Source of the DNA: Coraliomargarita sp.
GTDB taxonomy: Bacteria > Verrucomicrobiota > Verrucomicrobiia > Opitutales > Coraliomargaritaceae
DNA length: 64,000 nucleotides
NCBI GenBank assembly: GCA_965216325.1
Contig: OZ244160.1
Location: 320,001 to 384,000, forward strand
Direction: 5' to 3'
The notes below the pieces were generated by a model. The model was not told the DNA's origin. It ran no database searches and was given only the letters and a program-made list of their open reading frames with translations. Shown in pieces: positions 37,001-47,986 of the stretch. Made by a program: the position numbers and the translations under genes. The first letter of the stretch is position 1, and each line of letters opens with the position of its first letter.

Positions 37001-38929
37001 TTACTTAATGCCCAGGTGTACTTCGGCGAATTGAAGACCAGAGGACTTTTTCACGGATTCTGTAATCAGAAGTTTGTATGTGCTGAATGCCTGGCCAGTG
37101 GCTAGTTTGAAATCACGTGCTTGAAGGCGGGAGGTGAACTGCTCATCCGTACGTTTATCCAGCGACGTCCAGTTTTTTCCATCATTTGAGCCCAAAAGCT
37201 CCCATGACTTCGGATCGCGCTCAGGCATGTCATTGCCACTGACAATGGTGTATGTTGTTGCTGTCAGTGACGACCCTTTTAATGAGAAAACAAAGGAGGC
37301 CGGAAATGTGGGGTTGCCATGGTAATATTTGGTGCCGTAGTTCCCGTCCACCAGTGTCTCTGGTCTGTGTTTGCCTTCAGTGTTTGCACTGGCAGTAACC
37401 GACGCATCCAGTCTTGGTTTTGATGATTTTGTGGCAGCATTCTTATGCCCTTTATTCGCAGCCCAATGGCTCGTCAATTTGTCAGCGGATCCTTTGTTTT
37501 GTGACTCCCAAGTAACCAGTTTACCGGGCTTATCAACATCGAGTGGATCTCCCATCTCTTTCTGAAGTTCAACAAATTCTCTCTTTAACTCCTGTATCTT
37601 TGTGGCGTACTCAGGGTTATCGATTAAATCATTCATCTCAGCCGGATCGTTCTTAATGTTGAACAGGCGCATTTTCTTTGCGGCATGTGGATAGAAGATA
37701 AGTTTCCAGTTATCCTTCAGAATCATGCGCTGAGAGTTCATGTACTTGCCATAAATTCTATCGTACTGAACCGTCTTCTCTCCCTTGATCAAAGGCATCA
37801 GACTTTTGAATTCCACATGGTCCGGTTTTTCGACACCAGCAATCTCAATTGCTGTAGCCATCGCATCCTGAAGGTAGATAGGCGTATCAATTTTGGAATC
37901 TGGTTTTATTCCCGGTCCGACAATAATAAAGGGAGGACGCATCGAGTGTTCATACATACTCTGTTTGCCCATCAAACCGTGATGGCCTGCCGCCAGACCG
38001 TGGTCCGCAGTAAAGATAATGTAGGTGTTGTCCGCTTTTCCACTCGCTTCCAAAGCATCCAGCATGCGCCCGATATGGTGATCCATATAGGTGATTGATG
38101 CATAGTACTCCTGACGGTTGCGCTTTACCGCATACTCCGTTCGAGGATAGGGTGCCAGAACTTCGTCTCGTAGTTTTTTTCCGCAAATCTCTGCTGCATA
38201 CGGGTACTCAGGCATATAGTTCTCCGGGATTTTGATAGAATCAAGCGGGTACATATCCACATACTCTTTTGGAGCCTGACGCGGGTCGTGCGGAGCATTA
38301 AAGGCCAGGTACATGAAGAAGGGCTTGTCATCATTCTTGACCTTGTCAAAGAACGTAAGGGTATTATCGGCCACCACCTGAGTCCAGTGGGTCCCCCCTC
38401 TCCAAAACCCTTGCTGTCTTTTGTCCCAGGGCAACCACTCGCTCTCATAGAGCTCCGGCTTAAAGGTACGCTTGTAGCGTGCAGGTGTCTGGTTCGGCAT
38501 ACCACCACGTACATCCTTCTTTACGTCAAAACGCGGGTTAGCGTGTACGTGCCATTTACCTGTCATGTACGTGGTATAGCCGGCGCTATTCATGATTTGA
38601 GACCAGTGCGGGTACTGTTTGACACCTTTCTCGGCCCGGTTAACAAAGCGGCCCGAGTTGAGCATGGCCCGGCTGGCAACACATACTGCTCCGTCCCAAG
38701 CTCCCATATTATAGGTATGGGTAAACGACACCCCACGTTTCACCAAACGGTCAAGATTCGGCGTTTTTATATTCAATTGTCCGTACGCACCGATCGATTC
38801 ATAGGTCTGATCATCGGCAAAGATGAACATCACGTTGGGCTTTTCCGCAGCACCTTCCGCGGCTGACAACTGACCGGCAAAGGCCAGTGCTGCTGCCGTT
38901 AGGATGGTTTTTATTTTTTGGGTGATCAT
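37001..38929 (-). CDS. Sulfatase with a C-terminal F5/8 type C (discoidin/CBM32-like) domain
   Basis: PNVMFIFADDQ, CVASR, GKWH, TADHG; SGNDMPERDPKSWELLGSNDG. Confidence 0.93.
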   Translation of the reverse strand: MITQKIKTILTAAALAFAGQLSAAEGAAEKPNVMFIFADDQTYESIGAYGQLNIKTPNLDRLVKRGVSFTHTYNMGAWDGAVCVASRAMLNSGRFVNRAEKGVKQYPHWSQIMNSAGYTTYMTGKWHVHANPRFDVKKDVRGGMPNQTPARYKRTFKPELYESEWLPWDKRQQGFWRGGTHWTQVVADNTLTFFDKVKNDDKPFFMYLAFNAPHDPRQAPKEYVDMYPLDSIKIPENYMPEYPYAAEICGKKLRDEVLAPYPRTEYAVKRNRQEYYASITYMDHHIGRMLDALEASGKADNTYIIFTADHGLAAGHHGLMGKQSMYEHSMRPPFIIVGPGIKPDSKIDTPIYLQDAMATAIEIAGVEKPDHVEFKSLMPLIKGEKTVQYDRIYGKYMNSQRMILKDNWKLIFYPHAAKKMRLFNIKNDPAEMNDLIDNPEYATKIQELKREFVELQKEMGDPLDVDKPGKLVTWESQNKGSADKLTSHWAANKGHKNAATKSSKPRLDASVTASANTEGKHRPETLVDGNYGTKYYHGNPTFPASFVFSLKGSSLTATTYTIVSGNDMPERDPKSWELLGSNDGKNWTSLDKRTDEQFTSRLQARDFKLATGQAFSTYKLLITESVKKSSGLQFAEVHLGIK

Positions 38930-39194
38930 TTTATGCTCCTTTGTTAACTTTTTTTCGCCCGCGTTTATCTGCTATTCAGATGTGGACTATTTTTTCCACT
39001 TAACTTTCTTATCAAAACAAGGCCTGTCCGCTTTGTTTTTACTCAATTTATTAAAATTTAAAATTGCCGGGTAACTTATTGTTAATGTTCCAGCTTTTGC
39101 GAAATTTTATTTTAACATGAAGGCTCGTTTCACTCGCTCGGTATTCGCCTTCAAATGCTTTTACTTCTTTTTACTGTTCTTCTTGCCCATTTTC

Positions 39195-41009
39195 TTATCT
39201 GTTGGTCTTTGAATGACAGATATCATCGTGCGTGAAATCGGCCAACGGCAGTCCAAGCCCTTCACGAGTTTGCCATCCTCTCTTATCCCCAGTGTAGATA
39301 TCACAATTGAGAACATATGCATATTTTGCAGCCTGACGTTTTCCGTTGACGACAAATCCAGTACGCAGTTCATTAGCAACACCTTTTTTAAGCGATACTT
39401 TAAATGTCACCTCTTTTGCCCCTTCCGGGATAGCAATTTCCTGTTTGTTTCCGGCAAAGTCGATGTATGCTTTGTCTGCTCCAAGTGCTTTTCCACTGTA
39501 TTTAGCATTGATCGCCTGATCTGCTTCCGCAGCCCAGCGACGGATTGAGACTTCGTAATTACCATCGATAAGAACATCAACCATCCATGGAGCATCGACA
39601 GTTGGTTTGCTTGGAATATGAGTTTGATTCCAGCAAGGCAATCCTTTCGGCACCATATGGTCATGCGATGTAAGTACAGTTGGATTCTGTTCCTTTGCTC
39701 CCAATGCGACACTGCTGAAAATATGGTGTTCCTTGGACACATCAGACCAGAACGACTCATACTGTCCACGCATCATATTAAACACTTCTGGGAACTTCTG
39801 AGCAACATCATTTTTCTGCATCGGATCATTTTTGATATCGAACAACTGTTTTCCATTAACTAGACGCCACTTGTCGGTCATCACCGATGATTGCCTCCAT
39901 TTTCGAGGAGTTACGACACGCTGTGATTCCACAACGAGAGAACGATTACGAAGAGAGTTTTTATCACCGTAAATTATATTCTTAATGCTTGTCCCATCGA
40001 ACTTTACTGACGGTGCTTTAAGATCCAGCATATCAATAAATGTTGGTAGAATATCAAGGTGTGCAGTTAGCTGATTCACATCTTTACCACCACCAATTTT
40101 ACCTTCCGGCCAACGCATGAACCACGGCACACGGTGCCCACCTTCGTACTGAGAACCTTTTCCGCCACGCATACCCCCAGAGTTATAGCGTGCCCCAGCC
40201 GAGCTTCCGTTATCTGTTGTATACACAAGAATCGTGTTCTCCTCAATTCCTTCAGCTTTAAGCATTTCGCGCAGTGCTCCAAAGTTATCGTCAATATTGG
40301 TGATCATCCCGTAAAAACCTTCTGGAGTTTTAGTGTGATTGTACATATCCAGATATTTCTGGGGAGCGCGCATTGGTCCATGCGGAGCATTCGGTGCAAT
40401 ATAGGCAAAAAACGGCTTACCGCTTTCTTTACTCTGTTTAATAAATTTCTTCGCTTCGCCGAACCAGTTATCAGTACAGAATCCTTCAAACTTTTTAAAT
40501 TCACCATTAACATAATAGGTATCGTTAAAGTAATCATTCCCCCAGAAATCTGGAGTCTGCCCCACTCCGCCACCACCGTGCATTGCCACATAGGTGAATC
40601 CACGGTCTTCAGGACGATATGGGAACGCGTCTCCAAGATGCCATTTGCCGAATAAACCTGTCTCGTAGCCATTTTCAGAAAATACATTTGCCATTGTGAC
40701 TTCACGTGTACGCAGCATGTTGCGGCCAAGAACTGTATGCCATACTCCAACGCGGCCTGAATAACGTCCCGTCATAAGAGCAGAACGAGTCGGTGCACAT
40801 GTCGGATCCACGTGGTAGTTTGTCAATCGCACACTGTCTGTGTAGAACGAATCAATATTCGGTGTTTTTATCATATCATTCCCATGACACCCCATATCAC
40901 CATATCCCTGATCATCGGTGAGAACGATAATTACATTCGGCTTATCAGCTGCAGTTGCAGCGCACCCCAATATGCCTAACCCCAAAAGCCCTAAACAATG
41001 TTTGTTCAT
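39195..41009 (-). CDS. Arylsulfatase-family sulfatase
   Basis: PNVIIVLTDDQGY, CAPTRSALMTG, GKWHLG, TDNG, YEGGHRVP. Confidence 0.95.
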   Translation of the reverse strand: MNKHCLGLLGLGILGCAATAADKPNVIIVLTDDQGYGDMGCHGNDMIKTPNIDSFYTDSVRLTNYHVDPTCAPTRSALMTGRYSGRVGVWHTVLGRNMLRTREVTMANVFSENGYETGLFGKWHLGDAFPYRPEDRGFTYVAMHGGGGVGQTPDFWGNDYFNDTYYVNGEFKKFEGFCTDNWFGEAKKFIKQSKESGKPFFAYIAPNAPHGPMRAPQKYLDMYNHTKTPEGFYGMITNIDDNFGALREMLKAEGIEENTILVYTTDNGSSAGARYNSGGMRGGKGSQYEGGHRVPWFMRWPEGKIGGGKDVNQLTAHLDILPTFIDMLDLKAPSVKFDGTSIKNIIYGDKNSLRNRSLVVESQRVVTPRKWRQSSVMTDKWRLVNGKQLFDIKNDPMQKNDVAQKFPEVFNMMRGQYESFWSDVSKEHHIFSSVALGAKEQNPTVLTSHDHMVPKGLPCWNQTHIPSKPTVDAPWMVDVLIDGNYEVSIRRWAAEADQAINAKYSGKALGADKAYIDFAGNKQEIAIPEGAKEVTFKVSLKKGVANELRTGFVVNGKRQAAKYAYVLNCDIYTGDKRGWQTREGLGLPLADFTHDDICHSKTNR

Positions 41010-41044
41010 ATTACATACTCCCTTATTTGTTAACTTTTTTCGAT

Positions 41045-41636
41045 TGATGTGCCCTGAGATTGTTGGACAGAGGATTCCGTTATTTTGATGTTTGGTGTTT
41101 ATGGACTAGTTGTAGTTGATGCAAGCCGTTAGGCTTGTGTTAATGCCCCCCATGGGGGGCGCGGATTTTTCCTCGAACTGAATCGGGTTTTTATAGCCCA
41201 GCGAGGAGTGTTTCCGGAAGCGGTTATAGAACACTTCGATATACTCGAAGGCGTTGCTGCGGGCCGCATTTTCGTCGAAGAAGACTTCATCGCCGACTGT
41301 CGATGTCTTGTATCGACCATAGAAGGATTCCTGAGCGGCATTGTCATAGCAGTTGCCTTTAGCGCTCATGCTCTGCTCGATTCCGAAGCACTTCAACATG
41401 GCTTCGTAATCGTAGCTGGCATACGTGCTTCCACGGTCACTGTGATGGATCAGTCCCTTTGGCAGTTCGCCGCCGCGGGTCAGCACGGCAGCCTGTAGCG
41501 CTTGGCAAACCAACTTTGAGTCATTGCGCGAAGAGACACTCCAGCCAATGATCCGGCGACTATACAGGTCCATTACTGTGGCCAGATAACACCAGCCATG
41601 TTGCACCCGAAGATAGGTCGTGTCCGCAACCCAGAC
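41045..41636 (-). mobile_element. IS3-family remnant (right IR plus OrfB DDE core)
   Basis: Terminal tgatgtgccctgagattgttggaca resembles IS3 IRs; WVADTTY, DLYSRRIIGW, HSDRGS, GNCYDNA..ESF, YNRFRKHSSLGY. Confidence 0.9.
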
Positions 41637-42832
41637 GGGGCGGAAGCCTTGCTGCAGATCAACCGTGAGTTCATTGTCTGGGCGATGGATCGCATTGTGC
41701 CCGGGCGGCTCTTGCATGGTGGAGAACTCGAGTGGTTTTTCGACGACACGCAATTGGAGGTGACTGGCAAGTGCTTCGAATCAGCGGTGATCAACTACGA
41801 GGGCAATACGACTTTGTCCTGCAGACGCTGTGGGTTGGGCCGTTTCTGGCCTGCGGTTGGCTGGGCAAAGGCAGTCGCGATTGCAGCGAACTTTTGCCCG
41901 AACAGTTGGAGCAATGCGAAGCCCTGCTTGGCAGCTACAAGAGTTACCTGTATGCAGACAGTGGGTCCAGTGCCGGGGTCTATCTCAACAAACTGGGCGA
42001 AACAGTGGATCGTTTCAGCGTCAGTTACAACAAGTGGACTGAAGGACCGGAGCGCTGCGCCAAAGAGTTGCCGGAGTCGGCGTGGAGCGACGAGCAGATC
42101 GTGCGTTGGCGCGATGGCAAAGAACACCGTGCCCAGCACGCTTGGCTGCGCTATCAGCCGGAGGGCTGCGAGCAGCCACAGCTCTTTGCGGTGACGCGTC
42201 ACCAACTGGCCGATGAGGAACTGTTCGGGCGCTATGCCTTCATCTGCTGTGAGTCGGGGCGTGAGGGGCGCGCCGATATGGCCGTGGAGCGGCACAAGCT
42301 CAAAGGCGACCGGGAGCGCCAGTTCTCACAAGTGCTCACCGACATGGATTTGCACCATCCCCCATGCAAGAGTCTGGCAGCCAATCAGGTCTTCTATGCA
42401 ATCGGCGCGCTCGCGCACAACCTGCTCCAAGCGATCAAACTGATTCACCTGCCCGACCACGAGCAGCCCATACGTATCCGCACCCTGCTGCATGTGCTCA
42501 TGCTCATCCCTGTAACCTTCAAGCGCCATGCCCGTCAGCTCAAAGCAGTGTGCTGTGTGAACAGCCGTTGGCTGCCATGGTGGCGCAAGTTTGCCCACGA
42601 ACTAGACGCACTCTCGGCGCTCTACAAGTTGCGCCCCTCGCCAGGCTGATGCCGATCAAATTGCCCCGATACCCCTACGCGGACGCTGAGCCGCTCGCAC
42701 TACCAATCCGCCCGAATCCCGTAACCCGAAGCAGGTATCACGATCCGAACTACCCGTTCGGATGCGCCAGCTTGCGCGAAACGAACAAAACACTCTACAC
42801 AGAGAAAACTTTTACACTGCTAAGGATCGGGG
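41637..42832 (+). mobile_element. IS1380-family transposase remnant (5'-truncated, frameshift near 41821) with right end
   Basis: FFDDTQLEV, YADSG, HKLKGDRE, ANQVF...LAHNL; end ctaaggatcgggg. Confidence 0.7.
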
Positions 42833-42844
42833 CGTATTTTTCCC

Positions 42845-45541
42845 TCATTGCTTTAAGATTTTGATATAATCAATATTCATACAGTATACCGAAGCAGATT
42901 CCGCTTTTAGTTCTACCTTGTTCACACCAGCTTTTAGCGTAATTGACTCTGAATGATCTTCCCACTTGCCCCAATCTCCGGTGCGTTTACAGTGAAGCGT
43001 TTTTATCTTTTCACCATTTATGTGGAGAGCGACAGATTTACTATCCCCACTGCCAGACGCATATCTCAGAGTCATAGTATGGGTGCCAGCCTTTGATGCC
43101 TTAACAGTAAAGGTCATATTTCCCCGGGTCGTGTTGTAAAAACCCTCGACAAAACCTGTTCCGGAGTAACCAGCGTGATTGTTAGCAGTGCTACATTCAT
43201 CCAATTTTGCATATTCAGCCTCATAAACACCGCTTTTTTCAGCCCTTTCTATTTCTATCAGAGAGACATCGATGTACTGACCTCCGCCTGCGTTCTGGCA
43301 ATGAACAGCCAAGGTGTTTTGGCCCTTTTTGAGCGCCGCCTGGGCTTCGGGCGAGATTTTAACAACCTTGTATTCAGTCGTATAACCAACAAGCTTTGCG
43401 GCCTGTACACCATTGATATAGACAGTTGCGTCCTCATCCCAAAACGCATCGAGCATAAGTGATCCCTCTCCCGGATCAAAGCTGAAAGAACTCCTTATCC
43501 AGATGTTTGGCGTGGTCCACTCGGTTTTGATGAAAGTACCTGGAGTATTTCTACTCCCGATTCCGGCAGGACCCTCAGTCCAGTTGTTTGCTGTGAACTC
43601 AGGATTCATCCAATTTTTAGCCGGCTTCGTTGTCGTATAGCGCACGGGAACTTTGTTGGCTTTGGCGCGTTTGATGACGTACTTGCGAGGCACCACTTTT
43701 TTATAGAGCGGCGCGTGAATTTCCTTCAGGGTTTCGGCCGGAATCTTGATGACCTTGCGGTCATAACTCATCAGGCCGTTGATCTCCAGTTCAACATCAG
43801 ATGTTTGTGTATAGATCCCACCGGCAACACCGCTGCGTTTGAGGTCGAGTAGACGCCTGGCCGACTCTTTATATCGGTCAAGAAGTTCGTTCAGACTTTT
43901 AGGCACCGAGCCGTAGCTGTATGGTCTTCCTTTTGAAGTCCAACGGTTTTCTTTTGGCACAAAAAAGCCGTGTCCGCCATATTCACCGACAACCTTAATG
44001 TAATCATCGAAGCGGGGATCTTCGGTAGGGAATTTAGGATGAGGATACTGGTGATGATCGGCCACATCGCCGACAGGCCAGAAGTTTCCTCCGCTTGCAC
44101 CATTCACCAGACGGCTGGGATCATAATCGACAGTCCATTGGACCACCTTCATCGTCCTGTGCTGCGCCCATCCTTCATTGAACGGGACCCAGGACACGAT
44201 GCTCGGGTAATTGTATAAATAGTCGATCATTTCCTTGAGTTCATACATAAACTGTTGGTGAGCAGCTTCCGGCCAGTTGGGCTCGGTTGGATTCGGTTCC
44301 AAATGGGAATTCCACTTGGCATGAGGTGATCCCGAGACCTGATCCTGCCAGACCATCATGCCGACCTTGTCGCAGTGGGCGTAATAACGGCGCGGACGGA
44401 CCTTGATGTGATTGCGAATACAGTTGAATCCGGCCGCCTTGAGGTAATCGATATCGAAACGCATAGCCTCGTCTGACGCAGGGGTCAACAGCCCATCGGG
44501 AAACCAGCCCTGATCCAAAGGCCCGAGGTGGAAAATTTCCTTTCCGTTGAGGGTAAAGCGCCAGTTGCCAGCCTCGTCCTGCATCTTGCCAACGGTGCGC
44601 AGTCCCGTGTATGACTCAACGGTATCAACGGAGTCCTTACCAGAAAGAAGTTCAACCTTTAGCTCATACAGGTGCGGGGTGTCCGGTGTCCACAGCTTAG
44701 CGTCTTTGATGGGAAGGACTGTATTTTCAAGAGAGCCCGTGGCCGAGGCCACCTCTTTGCCCTCATAGAATGCCGTCACCTTCACACTGGAGGCTTTAAC
44801 CGCGGCGTCATTAATAAATGTCTTTACCGAGATGGCAGCGGGTGCAATTGTTGTATCAATCTTAATGCGCTTGATGTAGGTCTGCGGTACGGATTCCAAC
44901 CATACAGTCTGCCAGATACCCGATACGCGAGTGTACCATATGCCATGTGGTCTGCGTGACTGCTTACCTAATAGCTGGTATTTTTCGGTTTCGTCGATGA
45001 CCTTAACGGAGATTGTATTCTCGCCTTCGATAGCGGCATCGGTAATGTCAAAGGAGAAGGGGGTGTTGCCGCCCTTGTGGGTTCCAACCAAGGTACCGTT
45101 GACCCAGGCCGTGCACTCATAGTCTACCGCTTCAAAATGCAGGAGATGACGATGGTCCTTTTTCTTTAAATCGAATGTCCGCTGATACCACAGTTCTTCA
45201 CTAGGTTCGAGAAGGCGTTGTACTCCGGAAAGGCTCGACTCAATGCAGAACGGCACCAAGATATCGCCATTCCATTTATCGGGAGCACTGCTACTCGCAT
45301 GCTTAGAGCGCTTTAAGACGGCGTACTGCCATAGTCCGTTAAGATTCTGCCAGTTCTCGCGAACCATCTGCGGACGTGGGTACTCCTGCCAGACATTCTC
45401 CGGCGTCACCGATTCAGCAAATTTCGTTTTGATATTATCACCTGCCGGTTTCCAATCTGTGGTAGTTTCAGCGGCTGATACTTGACCGGCAAAGGCCAGT
45501 GCAGCTACCGCGAAGATGTTTTTTATTTTTTTTGTGATCGT
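42845..45541 (-). CDS. GH2 glycoside hydrolase with C-terminal CBM35/CBM6-like module; start codon is ACG
   Basis: YPRPQMVR..W.NLNG.W, GPLDQGWFPDG, WVPFNEGW, VGEYGG, YTQTSDVELE; YEAE...GYSGTGFV CBM; in-frame leader starts ACG-ATC. Confidence 0.88.
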   Translation of the reverse strand, partial: TITKKIKNIFAVAALAFAGQVSAAETTTDWKPAGDNIKTKFAESVTPENVWQEYPRPQMVRENWQNLNGLWQYAVLKRSKHASSSAPDKWNGDILVPFCIESSLSGVQRLLEPSEELWYQRTFDLKKKDHRHLLHFEAVDYECTAWVNGTLVGTHKGGNTPFSFDITDAAIEGENTISVKVIDETEKYQLLGKQSRRPHGIWYTRVSGIWQTVWLESVPQTYIKRIKIDTTIAPAAISVKTFINDAAVKASSVKVTAFYEGKEVASATGSLENTVLPIKDAKLWTPDTPHLYELKVELLSGKDSVDTVESYTGLRTVGKMQDEAGNWRFTLNGKEIFHLGPLDQGWFPDGLLTPASDEAMRFDIDYLKAAGFNCIRNHIKVRPRRYYAHCDKVGMMVWQDQVSGSPHAKWNSHLEPNPTEPNWPEAAHQQFMYELKEMIDYLYNYPSIVSWVPFNEGWAQHRTMKVVQWTVDYDPSRLVNGASGGNFWPVGDVADHHQYPHPKFPTEDPRFDDYIKVVGEYGGHGFFVPKENRWTSKGRPYSYGSVPKSLNELLDRYKESARRLLDLKRSGVAGGIYTQTSDVELEINGLMSYDRKVIKIPAETLKEIHAPLYKKVVPRKYVIKRAKANKVPVRYTTTKPAKNWMNPEFTANNWTEGPAGIGSRNTPGTFIKTEWTTPNIWIRSSFSFDPGEGSLMLDAFWDEDATVYINGVQAAKLVGYTTEYKVVKISPEAQAALKKGQNTLAVHCQNAGGGQYIDVSLIEIERAEKSGVYEAEYAKLDECSTANNHAGYSGTGFVEGFYNTTRGNMTFTVKASKAGTHTMTLRYASGSGDSKSVALHINGEKIKTLHCKRTGDWGKWEDHSESITLKAGVNKVELKAESASVYCMNIDYIKILKQ

Positions 45542-45598
45542 GGTGTTTTTCTTTATTAAATGTTTCTTGATTACTTCTACTTACTTTTCAGATGCGGA

Positions 45599-47947
45599 CT
45601 ATTTCTTCCACTCAACTTTCTTATCAAACTGAAACCAATCCAGGTTAAACATGCCGCCCCCTTGTCCGGTAAAGACCAGGTAGAGATCCTGCTTGCCGCT
45701 CAGGCCGCTTACCTCGCAGGACATCTCATCCCAGAAACCCCAGTTTCCAGTAGGTTTCACGCGACAGGAACCGAGCAGTTTGCCGCTTGCGCTACCCAGC
45801 CTCAGCTCAATGGTGCCGCCGTTTTTGTTGCCGCATGCTACCCGAGCCGTAAACGTTTTGATTCCCTCAGGGAACTCCATGCCCTCGAACATAATCCAGT
45901 GACCGTTGTCGATATATCCAAGGTGATGCCCAGAACCTGAGCTTTCTTTTTTCGTGCCGGAATTTCTTGTGTACGCCTCTGCCTGGATACCGGAAAAAGG
46001 CTTTGGTTTATAAACGGGAATGTAGACATTCTCCTCCGGAGAACCCGCATGGTTCAACCATCCTCCTCTTGAATCAGTATAGTCGTTGATCTTGTTCACC
46101 AGCGCATCGTAGCCATCAGGCTTAGATTTAGAGACGAGCGTGTTTTCTATGATATTTGTTGCATTCTTACTGATATCTTTACGCCAACTCCCTGTCGCAT
46201 TCGTCCAGAATATATTATTTGTGAATTTATTCTTCCACGTTCCATGATCCGCATAGATGCAGTGGACTCCCTTAAGACTGGCATTGAGGGCTTTGCCCAC
46301 ATTATACTGCCATAGGGTATCCTGTCCGGCTTCCCAGGTGTAGAGGGCACCGCCATCTCTCATTCTGGTCATCCAGTCTTCCAGAATGTTGTATTCAATA
46401 AGGTTATTGCTGACATGGAGTTTGGCAATCATTGAGGCATGGGTATAGGGACGGTCTTTTTTTAGTTCATCCCAGCGAGCCTGATACATGGCCTGCTTGT
46501 TGCCGTAGGAATCGGTGGTATCCACTTTCTCTTTGTCATTCATCTGGTCGGGTTTCATGCCGACGATAGAAACTGCTGCGTAGGGCATCTCTTTGAACCA
46601 GTTATACCTAACCTTGTTATTATGGCTGCCATATATTTGGACTGGATTGGAATGCATATAATCGAGCCCCATGTGGTGGATGTAGTTTCGTTCAATCAGG
46701 TGACTGTGGTTGAGATCGACATCTCCCGGGCCATAACCGGTAATACTGACTCCGCCTGAATTGTTGTACGCGATCTCATTGCCTGTAATAAATACTCTCT
46801 GCGCATAGTGATCCAGAGCAATTCCCTGTGACCCGGAGTTGGCGATCACACAGCTGTCAATGACAATATCCCGTACACCCTGGAGGAATATCATCGCATC
46901 CGAGCTCTCCCCATTTCGAGTGAGCCATTTCGGGTCGTACTCATGCTCACGAGTAAAATCACTGTACCTGAACACCAGATTGCGCAGTTCCACATGATGC
47001 ACCTGCCGCTTCCACGCCTGCTCCTCTTCATCCCCCTGAAAGCGGACGAGTTCACTCAATGAGGGAGAAAACGTCTTCTTGCCATCCATGGTGCCGTCTG
47101 CAGGCCAGTAATAGATCTTGCCCGCAGCTGAATCCACCACATATTCATTCTCTGAATCCAGAAGTGGAATGGCATTGCGTAAGTTATAGTAGCCTCCGTC
47201 GAGCCACGACCAGCGATTTATAGGGTTATACTGAACGGTTAAATCGCTGTGCAGTCGTGCCGTACTCTTTTCCGGATCGATATCGCTCAACGTACCTATA
47301 ATGTTCCACCACATGGCGGTGGTCATATTGATTTCGGCATCATCGTTCTTGGGGAAGTTCTTAAGCGCTCCGGCGGGAAATCTCAATAGGCGCCCTTTAA
47401 CCGCCTCAGGACTACCAGCTGTCAATTGTGGCCATTTCTTATAATATGTCTCGACTTGAGCCTGAGCGATCTGCTGTCTCACACCGTTCACAAAGAGATA
47501 TTGCGGACGCCAGCCTTTCTCAATGCTGGCCTCGAAAAGCTTACCCTTGGCAAGGTCTGGCAGTCCCGCCGGGTAGTCGCTTACTTTCTTCCAGCCGGTG
47601 ACGTATTTCTTGCTGGTGATGCGGGCTGTCTCTTTGGGGTAGGAGCGGTATACCACAGGCTTTCCCTCTTCGCCGGAATCCTGAGGGGTCAGAACAAAGG
47701 TTTCGCTTAGATTGTATTCGCCCTCGCGCAGATAGACCGTGATGCCACCCGCGGGCAGCGGATTCGTCTTGCGGTACGCTCGAATCGCATCGCGCGACTT
47801 GGCAAGGGTCAGGAATGGCTTGGCTTCGGTGCCTGGATTTGTGTCTTTTCCGTCCAGGGCGACGTAGAACGTTTCCGCCGCTGACAACTGGCCGGCAAAG
47901 GCCAGTGCAGCTACCGTGATCATGGTTTTTATTTTTTGGGTGATCAT
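45599..47947 (-). CDS. Right-handed parallel beta-helix enzyme (GH141-like) with C-terminal CBM6
   Basis: FYVA.DGKDTNPGT..KPF, VYLREGEY, DGGALY; IQAEAY...GYIDNGHW...TGNWG...DLYLVFTG..FNLDWF. Confidence 0.85.
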   Translation of the reverse strand: MITQKIKTMITVAALAFAGQLSAAETFYVALDGKDTNPGTEAKPFLTLAKSRDAIRAYRKTNPLPAGGITVYLREGEYNLSETFVLTPQDSGEEGKPVVYRSYPKETARITSKKYVTGWKKVSDYPAGLPDLAKGKLFEASIEKGWRPQYLFVNGVRQQIAQAQVETYYKKWPQLTAGSPEAVKGRLLRFPAGALKNFPKNDDAEINMTTAMWWNIIGTLSDIDPEKSTARLHSDLTVQYNPINRWSWLDGGYYNLRNAIPLLDSENEYVVDSAAGKIYYWPADGTMDGKKTFSPSLSELVRFQGDEEEQAWKRQVHHVELRNLVFRYSDFTREHEYDPKWLTRNGESSDAMIFLQGVRDIVIDSCVIANSGSQGIALDHYAQRVFITGNEIAYNNSGGVSITGYGPGDVDLNHSHLIERNYIHHMGLDYMHSNPVQIYGSHNNKVRYNWFKEMPYAAVSIVGMKPDQMNDKEKVDTTDSYGNKQAMYQARWDELKKDRPYTHASMIAKLHVSNNLIEYNILEDWMTRMRDGGALYTWEAGQDTLWQYNVGKALNASLKGVHCIYADHGTWKNKFTNNIFWTNATGSWRKDISKNATNIIENTLVSKSKPDGYDALVNKINDYTDSRGGWLNHAGSPEENVYIPVYKPKPFSGIQAEAYTRNSGTKKESSGSGHHLGYIDNGHWIMFEGMEFPEGIKTFTARVACGNKNGGTIELRLGSASGKLLGSCRVKPTGNWGFWDEMSCEVSGLSGKQDLYLVFTGQGGGMFNLDWFQFDKKVEWKK

Positions 47948-47986
47948 GCTATATCCTTTTATTATTTTTCTCGAACGCTACTGAAA

